DNA of 64,000 nucleotides from a virus: IMG/VR virus record IMGVR_UViG_3300031413_000624; one strand, 5' to 3'. Shown piece by piece: positions 27,677 to 37,489 of this stretch (position 1 is its first letter; each line of letters starts with the position of its first letter). The notes under the pieces were generated by a model. It saw only the letters and a program-made list of their open reading frames with translations, ran no database searches and was not told where the DNA came from. The position numbers and the translations under genes were made by a program.

Positions 27677-30175
27677 ATGAATAGCCGTTTTACGGATTTA
27701 GCTTTGCAAATCGTCCGCCGCGCTGTTGCCATTGCAACTGATGCTGGAGCCTCACAGGCAGGAAGTGAGTATTTCCTCTTAGCGTTGGTTGAGAATGACA
27801 ACACTAAGGCAAAATTTAACAACATTGGTGTTACAGCTGACAATCTTTCTCGTTTGATTGCCACCTCTTTTCCACCTTCCTCAGCTGATCGTTTCAGTAA
27901 AGAAGGGAAGAGTTTCACTGATGAAGCAAAAAACATCATTGAGAAAGCTTTCCACACTGCTTTGAATGTTGCTACCCAGAAGAAGGTCTCCACTGATGTG
28001 TTGATTCTTTCTATTCTTCGGGAAGCGAACTCCCATGCTCACCGTTGCCTTGAAATGCTTGCAGTTGACATCCAGCAGTTGGAAACCATCGTCCTTGCCA
28101 GCATCAGCTCTTCCAATGGTGAAGAGCGCACTTCAGGTGCAGTATCTGAACCTGACATGGCTATGTCTGGTGCGCGTGCGCAGAACGCTAACAGCAAGAC
28201 TGCTATGCTGGAACAGTTCGCTACGAACCTTTCCGCTCTTGCTCGTGAGGGGAAACTTGACCCTGTAATTGGTCGTTCAAAAGAAATTGAGCGTACCTTG
28301 CAAGTTCTTTCACGTCGCACCAAGAACAATCCTATTCTTGTTGGTGAGCCAGGTGTTGGTAAGACTGCTATTATTGAAGGTCTTGCGCAGACTCTGATTG
28401 ACTCTGACGTTATCCCTGACTCCATCAAGGGCCGTGATGTTTGGTCCTTGGACCTGGCTGGCATCCTCGCTGGAACAAAATACCGTGGTGACTTTGAGCA
28501 GCGGTTGAAGAAGCTTGTCAAAGAGATTCAGACTGCAAATGTCATCGTCTTCATTGACGAGATTCACTCTCTCATCACCGCTGGTGGTGGGGAAGGTTCA
28601 CTGAACGCTGCCAACATCCTCAAGCCTGTACTGGCTCGTGGTGAAATGCAGACAATTGGTGCAACCACGTATGATGAGTTCCGTAAGCATTTTGAGAAAG
28701 ATGCTGCAATGGCACGCCGTTTCCAGCAGGTTGATGTGGTTGAGCCTACTGTTCCTGATGCTATTCAGATTCTCAAAGGTCTACGTGGAGAGTATGAGAA
28801 GCACCACAAGATTACTCTGACAGACAAAGCTATTGAAGCTGCTGTCACGCTGTCTTCTCGTTACATCAATGACCGTTTCCTTCCTGACAAGGCTATTGAC
28901 TTGATGGATGAAGCTGGGGCGAAAGCAAAGATTTCACGTCTGACTACTCCTGCTCCGTTGAAAGCTCTGGAAGTTGACCTTCTTGACCTTATCGCTAAGA
29001 AGGAGAAAGCTATTGAAGCTGAGGATTTCCTTGCTGCTGCTGACCTTCGCAATGAAGAGTCGAAGCTGAAGAAGGTCCTTGCTGAGGAAACTGATAAGCA
29101 CCGCTCCTCAGATGACACAACAGTTGTTACTGATGTTGACATTGCTGCTGTTTTGACTGCTGCAACAGGCATTCCTGTCACTCTTGTGCAGGATGAAAGC
29201 AAGCGTCTTGTTTCCATGGAAACAGAAATTGCTGCTCGTGTTGTTGGTCAGAAAGCTGCGATTCAGACAGTTGCTCGTAGTGTTCGTCGTCAGCGTGCAG
29301 GTCTGAAAGACCCGAACCGTCCAGCAGGTTCATTCATCTTTGCTGGTCCGACAGGTGTTGGAAAGACTGAGCTTGCGAAAGCTCTTGCCCAGTTCCTGTT
29401 CCAGGATGAGTCAGCTCTTATCTCACTTGACATGAGTGAGTATGGCGAGAAGCACACAGTTTCCCGTCTGTTCGGTGCCCCTCCTGGATATGTTGGACAT
29501 GAAGAAGGTGGACAGCTGACTGAACGTGTTCGTCGTAAGCCGTACAGTGTTATCCTGTTTGATGAGATTGAAAAAGCTCACCCTGATGTATTCAACCCAC
29601 TTTTGCAGGTTCTGGAAGAGGGTCGTTTGACTGATGGGCAGGGCCGTGTTATTGACTTCAAGAACACCATCATCATCATGACAACAAACTTGGGTGCCAG
29701 TAAACTGGCATCAGGCCCAATGGGCTTCCAGGTGTTTGGCAACGCTGACGCTTCATACGAAGCTATGAAGAACAAAGTCATGACTGAGTTGAAACAGGAG
29801 TTCAAGCCTGAGTTCCTGAACCGCCTTGACGATATGGTTGTCTTCCCTCACCTGACCGAAGAAGACCTCATCGAAATCATCGATGTGTTCATCGCTCGCC
29901 TCAATGTTCGCCTTGTGGATAATAACTTCACTGTTGACCTTACACCTGCTGCGAAGAAATATGTCGTCAGTGTCGGATACGACCAGACATTGGGTGCGCG
30001 ACCATTGCGTAGAGCAATGCAGCAGTTGGTTGAAGATGGTATCAGTGAAATGATGCTCTTCGGAACTGTTGAAAGCGGAGAAAATATTGTTGTTGATTAC
30101 GTCAACGAAACTCTCACATTCAATGGGCGAAACAGGGATGAAATTACATTCCCTGCGGAGCCACTGGAAGCGTAA
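27677..30175 (+). CDS. clpC: ClpC/ClpB-family AAA+ chaperone (two AAA modules)
   Basis: Clp_N repeats; Walker A GEPGVGKT and GPTGVGKT; short middle domain suggests ClpC type. Confidence 0.9.
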   Translation: MNSRFTDLALQIVRRAVAIATDAGASQAGSEYFLLALVENDNTKAKFNNIGVTADNLSRLIATSFPPSSADRFSKEGKSFTDEAKNIIEKAFHTALNVATQKKVSTDVLILSILREANSHAHRCLEMLAVDIQQLETIVLASISSSNGEERTSGAVSEPDMAMSGARAQNANSKTAMLEQFATNLSALAREGKLDPVIGRSKEIERTLQVLSRRTKNNPILVGEPGVGKTAIIEGLAQTLIDSDVIPDSIKGRDVWSLDLAGILAGTKYRGDFEQRLKKLVKEIQTANVIVFIDEIHSLITAGGGEGSLNAANILKPVLARGEMQTIGATTYDEFRKHFEKDAAMARRFQQVDVVEPTVPDAIQILKGLRGEYEKHHKITLTDKAIEAAVTLSSRYINDRFLPDKAIDLMDEAGAKAKISRLTTPAPLKALEVDLLDLIAKKEKAIEAEDFLAAADLRNEESKLKKVLAEETDKHRSSDDTTVVTDVDIAAVLTAATGIPVTLVQDESKRLVSMETEIAARVVGQKAAIQTVARSVRRQRAGLKDPNRPAGSFIFAGPTGVGKTELAKALAQFLFQDESALISLDMSEYGEKHTVSRLFGAPPGYVGHEEGGQLTERVRRKPYSVILFDEIEKAHPDVFNPLLQVLEEGRLTDGQGRVIDFKNTIIIMTTNLGASKLASGPMGFQVFGNADASYEAMKNKVMTELKQEFKPEFLNRLDDMVVFPHLTEEDLIEIIDVFIARLNVRLVDNNFTVDLTPAAKKYVVSVGYDQTLGARPLRRAMQQLVEDGISEMMLFGTVESGENIVVDYVNETLTFNGRNRDEITFPAEPLEA

Positions 30176-30181
30176 AAAGAT

Positions 30182-30754
30182 ATGAGCTTAGAAGCCGCAG
30201 TGCGTTCTTTGTTGCAGCATCATGACATACCAGAACAGGTAATCATGAAGCTTACAGCAGGGAACCCTGCGGCTTCTTTGCCGTATCACAACAATGAGCA
30301 TAACTTCATGCTTGCCGTGAATGCTCATAGCATTGGTGAGCAATTAGGTATGGATGACGACCTGTTGAAACACTTACTGGTTGCAGGTATGTTTCATGAC
30401 TACAATCACACGGGAACAACATTACCTGATTCCGTGAACATCCAAAAAGCATTACACTTCTTACATCAGAATAGTCAGGTGTTCGTAGAAGCAGGCTTGT
30501 CCGTTCCATTGCTGCAAGTCTTGATTCAAGCAACAGAGAACCCTCCCGCAGAAAACTATACACTGCCTGAGCAGGTTATGCGTGACGCTGATTTACTTGG
30601 CTGGTGTGACCAGGACACAGAAGAACTGATGCAAGGACTTGCAGAAGAGTTCGGTTCTCCTGTTACAGAACAATCGACCAGAGATTTTTTACAAAACGCT
30701 CACATTCACACTGAACCTGCACGCAAAAAATTGAGGCTTGCAGGTTGGCTGTGA
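30182..30754 (+). CDS. HD-domain phosphohydrolase-like protein
   Basis: H..H ... FHD motifs (YHNNEHNF, AGMFHDYNH). Confidence 0.5.
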   Translation: MSLEAAVRSLLQHHDIPEQVIMKLTAGNPAASLPYHNNEHNFMLAVNAHSIGEQLGMDDDLLKHLLVAGMFHDYNHTGTTLPDSVNIQKALHFLHQNSQVFVEAGLSVPLLQVLIQATENPPAENYTLPEQVMRDADLLGWCDQDTEELMQGLAEEFGSPVTEQSTRDFLQNAHIHTEPARKKLRLAGWL

Positions 30755-30776
30755 AACGTGATACCATTATCATAAT

Positions 30777-31430
30777 ATGATGAAAGAAATTTATATCTCA
30801 GTAGACATTGAAAGCGACGGTCCGATTCCAGGACCTTACTCCATGACAGCCTTAGGCGCTGTTGTCGCAGGTTACAGGACCGACACCGGTGAAGTGGTCA
30901 AGCTTGACGTTACAAGCCCTGAAAACCGATTCTACGCCGAAATCAAGCCTATTTCAGATGACTGGCAACCAGAGGCAATGAAAGTTGGCCTGTTTGCGGG
31001 CTTTGGTGCGGCTCAGGCGGAATTGGACACTGATGGCTCGCTTCGTCGTGCGTACATTTTGGAGCATGGACAGGACCCGAAGGTAGCGATGACAGCATTC
31101 GCTGAGTGGGTGGAAGAGAAGAAGAATCAGTACGAGTCTCGTAGTGCAGTCTTTGCAGCATATCCCCTTGGGTTTGACTGGATGTTTACTTACTGGTACC
31201 TGGTTGCTTTTGCACAGGTTCAGTCTCCGTTTGGATTCTCTAAGCACATTGACATCAAGACTTTGTTTGCAGAGAAGGCCGGACGGCTCATTCAGGGAGC
31301 CACAAAGCGGAACATGCCGAAGTCTCTGCATTCTAAACTTCCTCATACTCACCTCGCTATCGATGACTCGGCAGAACAAGGTGAGCTGTTGATGAACATC
31401 TTTGCTTGGGAAGGCTCTGCCCACAAGTAA
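30777..31430 (+). CDS. possible DEDD-type 3'-5' exonuclease
   Basis: ISVDIESDG Exo I-like motif; weak. Confidence 0.35.
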   Translation: MMKEIYISVDIESDGPIPGPYSMTALGAVVAGYRTDTGEVVKLDVTSPENRFYAEIKPISDDWQPEAMKVGLFAGFGAAQAELDTDGSLRRAYILEHGQDPKVAMTAFAEWVEEKKNQYESRSAVFAAYPLGFDWMFTYWYLVAFAQVQSPFGFSKHIDIKTLFAEKAGRLIQGATKRNMPKSLHSKLPHTHLAIDDSAEQGELLMNIFAWEGSAHK

Positions 31431-31431
31431 C

Positions 31432-31460
31432 CTTGACAAAGAAAGCATTGCTTGCTACTA
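31432..31460 (+). promoter_or_regulatory. promoter TTGACA-N17-TACTAT
   Basis: Consensus -35 immediately after the upstream stop codon; ATG at 31468 is consistent with a leaderless transcript. Confidence 0.45.
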
Positions 31461-31467
31461 TAACCCT

Positions 31468-32055
31468 ATGATTATGACTATGCAGGATGCTTTCGGAGGC
31501 GCACTTCCCTACGGGAAGAACCTTGATGAGCCTTCTAAAACAATTGACAGCAACCTCTTCGCACAGAAACTGTATGAAGAGGTTGCTGTCATTCTTGAAT
31601 CGTATCGAATCGCACTTCCTGACCTTGACATTACCTTCAATACTGAGGAAGGTAGCGAGGTTCTGGACGCTACTTTGCAGCGCGCGTATGCGTACCGTGA
31701 TGACATCACAAATCATCTCCGTCTCGCTCGTAAGGACTTGGAGAAGACCCAGCGCGAACTTGGCCAGGCTTTGGAGTCCAAGAATCCGAACTTCAAGCGT
31801 ATTGAGGCGCTTACAGCTACACTTGTGGAGCAGCAGGATTTCCAGCACCAGATTTACGTGAATGCGCATATCCCTCTGCTACTTGAGAAGCTGTTACAGG
31901 CCATCCAGTACGGCTATAACGAGGGTACAGTTGAGGGATGGGCATGGACTGCTCGAACCATTTTCAGGGCCTCTCTGAGCCTTACAGGGTCAAACGCACT
32001 GTACTCCCGTGTCCTTATCTGGACGCATAAAGAGCTTCTGGAAGACGCAAAGTAG
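31468..32055 (+). CDS. hypothetical protein
   Basis: Start placed downstream of the predicted promoter. Confidence 0.4.
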   Translation: MIMTMQDAFGGALPYGKNLDEPSKTIDSNLFAQKLYEEVAVILESYRIALPDLDITFNTEEGSEVLDATLQRAYAYRDDITNHLRLARKDLEKTQRELGQALESKNPNFKRIEALTATLVEQQDFQHQIYVNAHIPLLLEKLLQAIQYGYNEGTVEGWAWTARTIFRASLSLTGSNALYSRVLIWTHKELLEDAK

Positions 32056-32057
32056 CA

Positions 32058-32330
32058 ATGCGGATTCATGAAGGCAAGTCTCCTCTTGCCAATGGCATTG
32101 AAACGGCAGAAGACTTAGATGCTTATATGCATTGGCGGCTGGAGATTGCAGCTCAGCGGTTAGCTGAAGTCTTACGTTGTCTCCCTAAGGAGTATATTAC
32201 AGCTGACGAAGATGGTGTCAGTTCTAACCTGCATAACCTCATCGGTGATATGAGTAACTTAGCCAGTTGTGTTCGTTTGGGTCCTTCCATGCGAAAGTTG
32301 CCGCGGACGCATACTGATATAACCGAATAA
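32058..32330 (+). CDS. hypothetical protein (90 aa)
   Basis: ORF. Confidence 0.35.
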   Translation: MRIHEGKSPLANGIETAEDLDAYMHWRLEIAAQRLAEVLRCLPKEYITADEDGVSSNLHNLIGDMSNLASCVRLGPSMRKLPRTHTDITE

Positions 32331-32340
32331 ATTTTACTCA

Positions 32341-32395
32341 CCTTTGCTCATGCTCTATATTTATCTACCAGTTAGATATAGAACATGAGCAAAGG
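32341..32395. promoter_or_regulatory. 20-bp inverted repeat (1 mismatch, 15-nt spacer) overlapping the ART start codon
   Basis: cctttgctcatgctctatat ... atatagaacatgagcaaagg. Confidence 0.5.
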
Positions 32396-33293
32396 CATTA
32401 AACAAGCAGATGGAACACTCTGTTACGCAAAGAATCCAGATACTTGTAAAAACCATGGATCACCGTCACCTTTTGATCTTTTCGAAGCTGCCATGGCGAA
32501 AAAGGATATTGGTGGAAGACTCAATGCGCAAGTGATGTATAAAAAACACATGCATACCCAATTAGCTGCTCAGTTCCAAAAGAACAAGCCTGCCGCAACA
32601 CAGGTAATTTCGGGTTTTAGGGATTACAGTTCGCAGTCAGTAGAAGCATTGAAGGAATACAATGAAGAATATCAACAAGCTTCTACTAACTGGTCAGATG
32701 ACCAAAGAACTGCAATCAAAGACTATACAGGTTTGAGCTACAAGAATGTAAATGAGTTCCTTCGTAATAAAGAGGAATGGTTAGAAAAAGCTACACCTCA
32801 ATACAAAGATAAGATGGTAGCACATGTTAATGAAGTAATTCAACAGCTTGATTCTGTCATGGATCAGACATCTAATACGAAATCAAGAACTGTGTATAGA
32901 AATGTCTCACAAGATACTACGAAGGCTTTCACGTCTTCTGAGGAGTTTGCTCATCGTAATGGCTGGGTTGAAGGTAAAGAGGTAGAATTTCCTTCTTATC
33001 TTTCAACATCCTACGACCCGCACTACATGGCTCATCAGCTTGGACAGGATGAAAGCGAGCATACAGATGTTGTATTCGTAATGGAAACGAACAAGGGAGT
33101 TCCTGTTGATATGACTGCATTAGACGCAAAAGGTCACACGTATGTGCAAGACGCAGAGCGGGAGATTCTTCTTCCTCGCAGTATGCGTTTCAGGGTCAGT
33201 AAAGTAACTCGCAGTGTTGGTTTTGAACCCTATGAAGAAAACAACAATAGTAGAGCTGTTTTCCCTCTGACTGTGTATCTTGAAGAGCTGTAA
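32385..33293 (+). CDS. C3/Vip2/iota-like (R-S-E) mono-ADP-ribosyltransferase with N-terminal Cys-His motif
   Basis: AIKDYTGLSYKNVNEFLRN helix, VYRNV (Arg), YLSTSY (STS) and QDAEREILLP (ExE) in canonical order and spacing. Confidence 0.75.
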   Translation: MSKGIKQADGTLCYAKNPDTCKNHGSPSPFDLFEAAMAKKDIGGRLNAQVMYKKHMHTQLAAQFQKNKPAATQVISGFRDYSSQSVEALKEYNEEYQQASTNWSDDQRTAIKDYTGLSYKNVNEFLRNKEEWLEKATPQYKDKMVAHVNEVIQQLDSVMDQTSNTKSRTVYRNVSQDTTKAFTSSEEFAHRNGWVEGKEVEFPSYLSTSYDPHYMAHQLGQDESEHTDVVFVMETNKGVPVDMTALDAKGHTYVQDAEREILLPRSMRFRVSKVTRSVGFEPYEENNNSRAVFPLTVYLEEL

Positions 33294-33308
33294 ACATCTC
33301 CTTTAATC

Positions 33309-33350
33309 AAAAGCGGGTTGACTACTCACATAAGTAGTCAACCCGCTTTT
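33309..33350. terminator. bidirectional intrinsic terminator
   Basis: aaaagcgggttgactact / agtagtcaacccgctttt. Confidence 0.7.
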
Positions 33351-33360
33351 CTATATTATT

Positions 33361-34236
33361 TTAGCAATCTCCGTATAAAGAGAATGGAGAAGTAATGCTA
33401 CTGACAGTACCGTTATCTCCGTGGACAAGAGTGCCAGCGATGTTTCCACTGGCTGGGTCAGTCTTTCCATAAGATGGGTCCGTTGTGACCTCTGCTACAA
33501 GTGACTGATAGGTGTGGCCGTTGTAATTTACAGGGTCACTTTGAACTGCATTTGGAGCTTTCTGTAAAGCTACTTTCCAGGTGTTACCTACCTGGATTTC
33601 GTTTGGTGTTTCAACAACACGTTCATAGTTCTGGTTAGGCTTCGCCGTGGACACGTAGAAGCTTTTTGCTGTTGCAGGGTCTTTGGTTCCTGAGGTGAAT
33701 GTGATACTCATGTTATCCCATGCCCAGGTGTTGAACTGATATGAGCACATTTCCTCAGTTGAGTAATGTTTTGTATCAGGTTGTTTTCCGTACAGCTCGT
33801 TGAGTGCTGTGACTGCCGGTGCTGGACTTTGATTGTATGGGAAGGACTTCAACACTGTTCCGTTGAGATTTTCAAAGCGAAGAGTATCAGCACCAATGAC
33901 AACCACTGTGGTCTTCACTGTTGGTTTTGGAGTGACAGTTGGCGTTGCTGGCTTTGTCGTGGCAGGAGTACTAGGCGATGTCGTTGGTTTAGGAGTAGAG
34001 CTCGGCGTAGAAGTTTCAGTCGGGGTGGGTTTAGGCTGCGTAGTCTGTGTGGGAGCAGGTTTAGATGTGCTCGGAGCCTTCGTCTCAGAAGGAGTAGGAT
34101 TAGGGCTGGAAGAACATCCAGCAAGGAGGATTGAACTCAAGGCAACTACTGTGATTGCTATGAAAGGTACGCGTTTCACCGTTGATACTTCTTTCTCATG
34201 TTTGGGCTTAAACGGGGTTATCGGTGGTATAAACAT
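33361..34236 (-). CDS. secreted lipoprotein with Pro/Thr-rich linker
   Basis: Lipobox LLAGC after a signal peptide; PTPSETKAPSTSKP... low-complexity linker. Confidence 0.6.
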   Translation of the reverse strand: MFIPPITPFKPKHEKEVSTVKRVPFIAITVVALSSILLAGCSSSPNPTPSETKAPSTSKPAPTQTTQPKPTPTETSTPSSTPKPTTSPSTPATTKPATPTVTPKPTVKTTVVVIGADTLRFENLNGTVLKSFPYNQSPAPAVTALNELYGKQPDTKHYSTEEMCSYQFNTWAWDNMSITFTSGTKDPATAKSFYVSTAKPNQNYERVVETPNEIQVGNTWKVALQKAPNAVQSDPVNYNGHTYQSLVAEVTTDPSYGKTDPASGNIAGTLVHGDNGTVSSITSPFSLYGDC

Positions 34237-34438
34237 AGGAGAAACACGTCGTTATCGTTTCGTTGTGGAACATAATACTCTTGGATGATTCCATATTTTT
34301 CTTGTAAGGATTGCGCTTTTCGAGACATTTCTTAAGGTCGTTTTATAGAAATGTCTTACTGCGGGGTGAGACAGTACAATATTTTAAAATGTGGGAATGA
34401 CTGGTATCGTTGTATTGTGTAAACGTTAGAGATGGTAC

Positions 34439-35482
34439 ATGCCAAAATTAATCATCCTCAGAGGAATCCCTGCGTCAGGGAAATCAACATACGCTCAAAA
34501 ATGGGTTATGGAAGACCCTGCAAACCGTGTCCGCATTAACCGCGATGATATTCGTGAAGCGCTCACAGGTGATGCAACAAACCATAGTCGTGAGAAAGAA
34601 GTAACACAGTACCAGGAAGCGCTCATTGAGCGTGCTTTGAAAGAAGGTAAAGATGTCGCTTCTGACAACACAAATCTGAACACCAAATTCTTACCTGATA
34701 CGATCAAGAAAGCGCAAGCTGTCGGCGCTACAGTTGAGCACAAAGACTTCCCTATTACGGTGGATGAAGCTCTTCGTCGTAATGCTGGACGCGAACGCAA
34801 AGTACCAGAAGATGTCATTCGCAGAATGTACAAGAGTTTAGGCCCTAAGGGTGAGTTCCCAGTGTTCCCTGGCTCATACCCTACGAAACCTTTTACTGCG
34901 CCAAACAGCCGTAAGCCAGCTGTCTGCTTCGACATGGACGGCACATTGAACGATGTGTCAGGTGTTCGTCACTTCATTGACCCTCAGCCAGGCGCTAAGA
35001 AGCGTTTCAAAGACTTTGACTCATTCCACCGCATGTCTGAGTTTGAACCAGCTCACGAAGCTGTATTGCAGTTAGCTAAAGATGCTCATGAATCAGGCTA
35101 TGCTGTCCTCATCACCACTGCTCGCAGCGAACCATACCGTGAGACAACACAGAAGTGGTTGGATGACCATAACGTGCCATACGAGAACATCTTCATGCGT
35201 GGTGAGAAAGACTACCGTAAAGACTACGATGTCAAGAAAGACATGTTCACTGAAATTGACAAACACTATGATGTTGTTCGTTGTGTTGATGACAACCCAC
35301 AGGCTATTCAAGCGTGGAAGGAAAACAACATTGCGGTGACAACAGTGCCGTTCAACTATGACGGACGTGAAACTCCTGTCGTCATCAACAACCCATTCCG
35401 TTCGGGTGTATGCATCCGTTGCGGCAAACCATTCAAAGGTGAAGGCACATTAGGTCCAACCTGCCGAACAAAAGCTGCGTAG
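34439..35482 (+). CDS. polynucleotide 5'-kinase/3'-phosphatase (Pnkp paralog B) with C-terminal zinc ribbon
   Basis: GIPASGKST P-loop; CFDMDGTL HAD motif; C-terminal CIRCG...C. Confidence 0.8.
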   Translation: MPKLIILRGIPASGKSTYAQKWVMEDPANRVRINRDDIREALTGDATNHSREKEVTQYQEALIERALKEGKDVASDNTNLNTKFLPDTIKKAQAVGATVEHKDFPITVDEALRRNAGRERKVPEDVIRRMYKSLGPKGEFPVFPGSYPTKPFTAPNSRKPAVCFDMDGTLNDVSGVRHFIDPQPGAKKRFKDFDSFHRMSEFEPAHEAVLQLAKDAHESGYAVLITTARSEPYRETTQKWLDDHNVPYENIFMRGEKDYRKDYDVKKDMFTEIDKHYDVVRCVDDNPQAIQAWKENNIAVTTVPFNYDGRETPVVINNPFRSGVCIRCGKPFKGEGTLGPTCRTKAA

Positions 35483-35489
35483 TAAAAGT

Positions 35490-35528
35490 TAGGGCTGGAA
35501 CCACATATCAAATGTGGTTCCAGCCCTA
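35490..35528. terminator. bidirectional terminator
   Basis: tagggctggaaccacat / atgtggttccagcccta. Confidence 0.7.
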
Positions 35529-35533
35529 TTTCA

Positions 35534-35866
35534 TTAAAGACTCTTAACCCATTCCCATTCTTGGGGAAGAGTTAGATTACGTTCTGTCGCTCGTTTCTCA
35601 GCAACCACAACAGCCGTCTTAACCTGCTTCTTTCCTGCTTCGCTCAACTCAACCTTTTTCAGATCGTTCACAGCCATCGTAATAAAGGAAGCGCTGACAC
35701 TATTGATAACAGGGGACATGTTGACAAAGTTGACAACAGCTTTTTTCTCAGCTGCTGCATTGCGTTTCTTTTTCTCTGTAGCAGCCTTTTTCTCTGCTGC
35801 TACTTTCTTCTTCTCATCTGCATCACTCATCTTCTCAGTATACCATCGATGAACCAACAAATCCAT
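35534..35866 (-). CDS. Lys/Ala-rich basic protein (possible nucleoid/histone-like)
   Basis: KKVAAEKKAATEKKKRNAAAEKKA repeats. Confidence 0.4.
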   Translation of the reverse strand: MDLLVHRWYTEKMSDADEKKKVAAEKKAATEKKKRNAAAEKKAVVNFVNMSPVINSVSASFITMAVNDLKKVELSEAGKKQVKTAVVVAEKRATERNLTLPQEWEWVKSL

Positions 35867-35910
35867 ACTGAGAAGTTCCGATTACGACCGATACCGTTTG
35901 CATGGAAAAT

Positions 35911-36066
35911 AAACGCGAATCATATTTTGAACACGACTCTTCCTTGCTGCCTGATCGTAAACAGGCGGATAGGGTTGTGTTTTCCACTGTTATGATTCAA
36001 GGGTTGATCGTAATAGCGATCATTGTCATCGTTGCTGGTGCTGCATACATGACAATGGATTGATTT
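35911..36066 (+). CDS. small membrane peptide (51 aa), uncertain
   Basis: Unlisted short ORF with one TM helix in a long intergenic region. Confidence 0.2.
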
Positions 36067-36206
36067 CCTACTTGCATGCTTAGAATTCTTATGCTATGCT
36101 ATCTCTTGTCGCCAAAGTTCAATCAGGCCGAACACTCAGTTAGAAAATGCAGGTTGCAAACTGTTCTTTTTCTAATCGTCGGAAAGCGCGCTGACGAAAA
36201 AATGAG

Positions 36207-36234
36207 AGGTTGTAGGTTCAAATCCTGCTGGCGG
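36207..36234 (+). other. tRNA-like 3' fragment (T-arm plus acceptor 3' strand)
   Basis: gtagg-TTCAAAT-cctgc T-arm followed by tggcgga-a; no matching 5' acceptor strand found. Confidence 0.3.
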
Positions 36235-36245
36235 AACGAATAAAA

Positions 36246-36290
36246 GAATAGCCTCAGAACCCAGTAAAGTAAAGGGTTCTGAGGCTATTC
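36246..36290. terminator. bidirectional terminator
   Basis: gaatagcctcagaaccc / gggttctgaggctattc. Confidence 0.65.
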
Positions 36291-36349
36291 TTTGTTGCTA
36301 AATCAGTGCAGATATGCTATAATTGGTAGTAACACAACACACATAACAA

Positions 36350-36388
36350 AAATAAATCAGGCTGAATATCGCAGCCTGATTTATTTTT
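36350..36388 (-). terminator. terminator of the minus-strand membrane-protein gene
   Basis: aaataaatcaggctg / cagcctgatttattt with T-tract on the minus strand. Confidence 0.65.
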
Positions 36389-36397
36389 AAATCATCC

Positions 36398-37117
36398 TCA
36401 ATCTTCGCGGATAACACGATTAGGTGAAGTAATCGTGTTCACAGAAGTTGTGACAGTACTAATGGATTCTGTGACTTGACGAATAACAGGGATAGCCTTT
36501 GTACGGATTTTCTCTTGAACCACTGGGATAGAAGAAGTAATGGTTTCAATCAAGTGAGTATCAACGTTATCAACAGCTGTCTCAGGGATACCATTACGGG
36601 CAGCGACTAACAATGTGACTAATGCAATAGAGTTTGCTACCAGAGTGAAAGACTCTCCTACCATCTGACCATAGAGCCCTGTGTGTAATTCATAACTTAG
36701 CCAGATACCACCGCAAACAATCATCAATGCTTTTGTGATGCTCATACGTTTGAAGAACACAGCCACAGTTCCGACGTAAGCTCCGAATAATGGCAGCATG
36801 TTGATGATATGGAAATCATCCCATTTGGCTGTGAATAAGAAAGCAGCAGTGTGGGCCACTAAGAATCCGACAAGGAAGAACCATTTGTCCAGAATAGGGT
36901 ATCTTTCAGCTGCAATAGCAACAATGTTGCGGACAATACCAATGAAGCAAATGATGAGAGCTAATGTAGAATTTGTCATCATGTATTGGGCAGCAACAAG
37001 TACGCTGGTGCCTGTCGCAAACAGCAGCATACGTCTACGCTGGGTAGATAATCCTGAAATCACTAAAAGAAGTGAAGAAAGAATACCAATAAGAATGACA
37101 AGTGAATTCATAAGCAA
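36398..37117 (-). CDS. polytopic membrane protein (239 aa)
   Basis: Six or more TM helices. Confidence 0.5.
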   Translation of the reverse strand: MLMNSLVILIGILSSLLLVISGLSTQRRRMLLFATGTSVLVAAQYMMTNSTLALIICFIGIVRNIVAIAAERYPILDKWFFLVGFLVAHTAAFLFTAKWDDFHIINMLPLFGAYVGTVAVFFKRMSITKALMIVCGGIWLSYELHTGLYGQMVGESFTLVANSIALVTLLVAARNGIPETAVDNVDTHLIETITSSIPVVQEKIRTKAIPVIRQVTESISTVTTSVNTITSPNRVIRED

Positions 37118-37282
37118 AAAGAAAAGGGTAGAGGTGAACAGGTTATAGAAACAAAACCACTACAAACGTTTTCGAAAAGAAAAAGCCGCCCGTAGGCAGC
37201 CTTGCTTTGGTATGAATAAAATTATCGGTACCTAACGTGAAGAAAAGTGCTGTTATCTTGATTTTTCTCCTACTATTATCTT

Positions 37283-37489
37283 ATGAAGTATTCAGCAAAT
37301 CAGAACGCCATCACTATTGACCTTGATGAAGCTCGTTATCTTGCAAGGCAGACTCCCAGTTGGAACAACAATACTCTACTGGATGCAAAAATTGCTGCCG
37401 CAAAAGCTGTGTTGAAGCTCTATGATGCAGCGAAAAGTGATTCCAGCATTGGGCGTAAAGTAGCTTATGGTGAGAGCGCTGAACTGTAA
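37283..37489 (+). CDS. small hypothetical protein, uncertain
   Basis: 68-aa ORF. Confidence 0.25.
   Translation: MKYSANQNAITIDLDEARYLARQTPSWNNNTLLDAKIAAAKAVLKLYDAAKSDSSIGRKVAYGESAEL

Noticed and set aside
28039-29217. Several 60-160 aa ORFs on both strands inside the clp gene
   Set aside because: Embedded in the continuous 832-aa AAA+ chaperone reading frame. Arg/Ser-rich shadow frames.
33766-34288. Arg/Cys-rich and Val/Gly-rich plus-strand ORFs
   Set aside because: Mirror frames of the Pro/Thr-rich linker of the minus-strand lipoprotein. A compositional artefact.
36100-36240. Full tRNA gene
   Set aside because: Only a T-arm and a 3' acceptor strand could be folded by eye. No complementary 5' acceptor strand, D-arm or anticodon arm. 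Kept only as a tRNA-like fragment.
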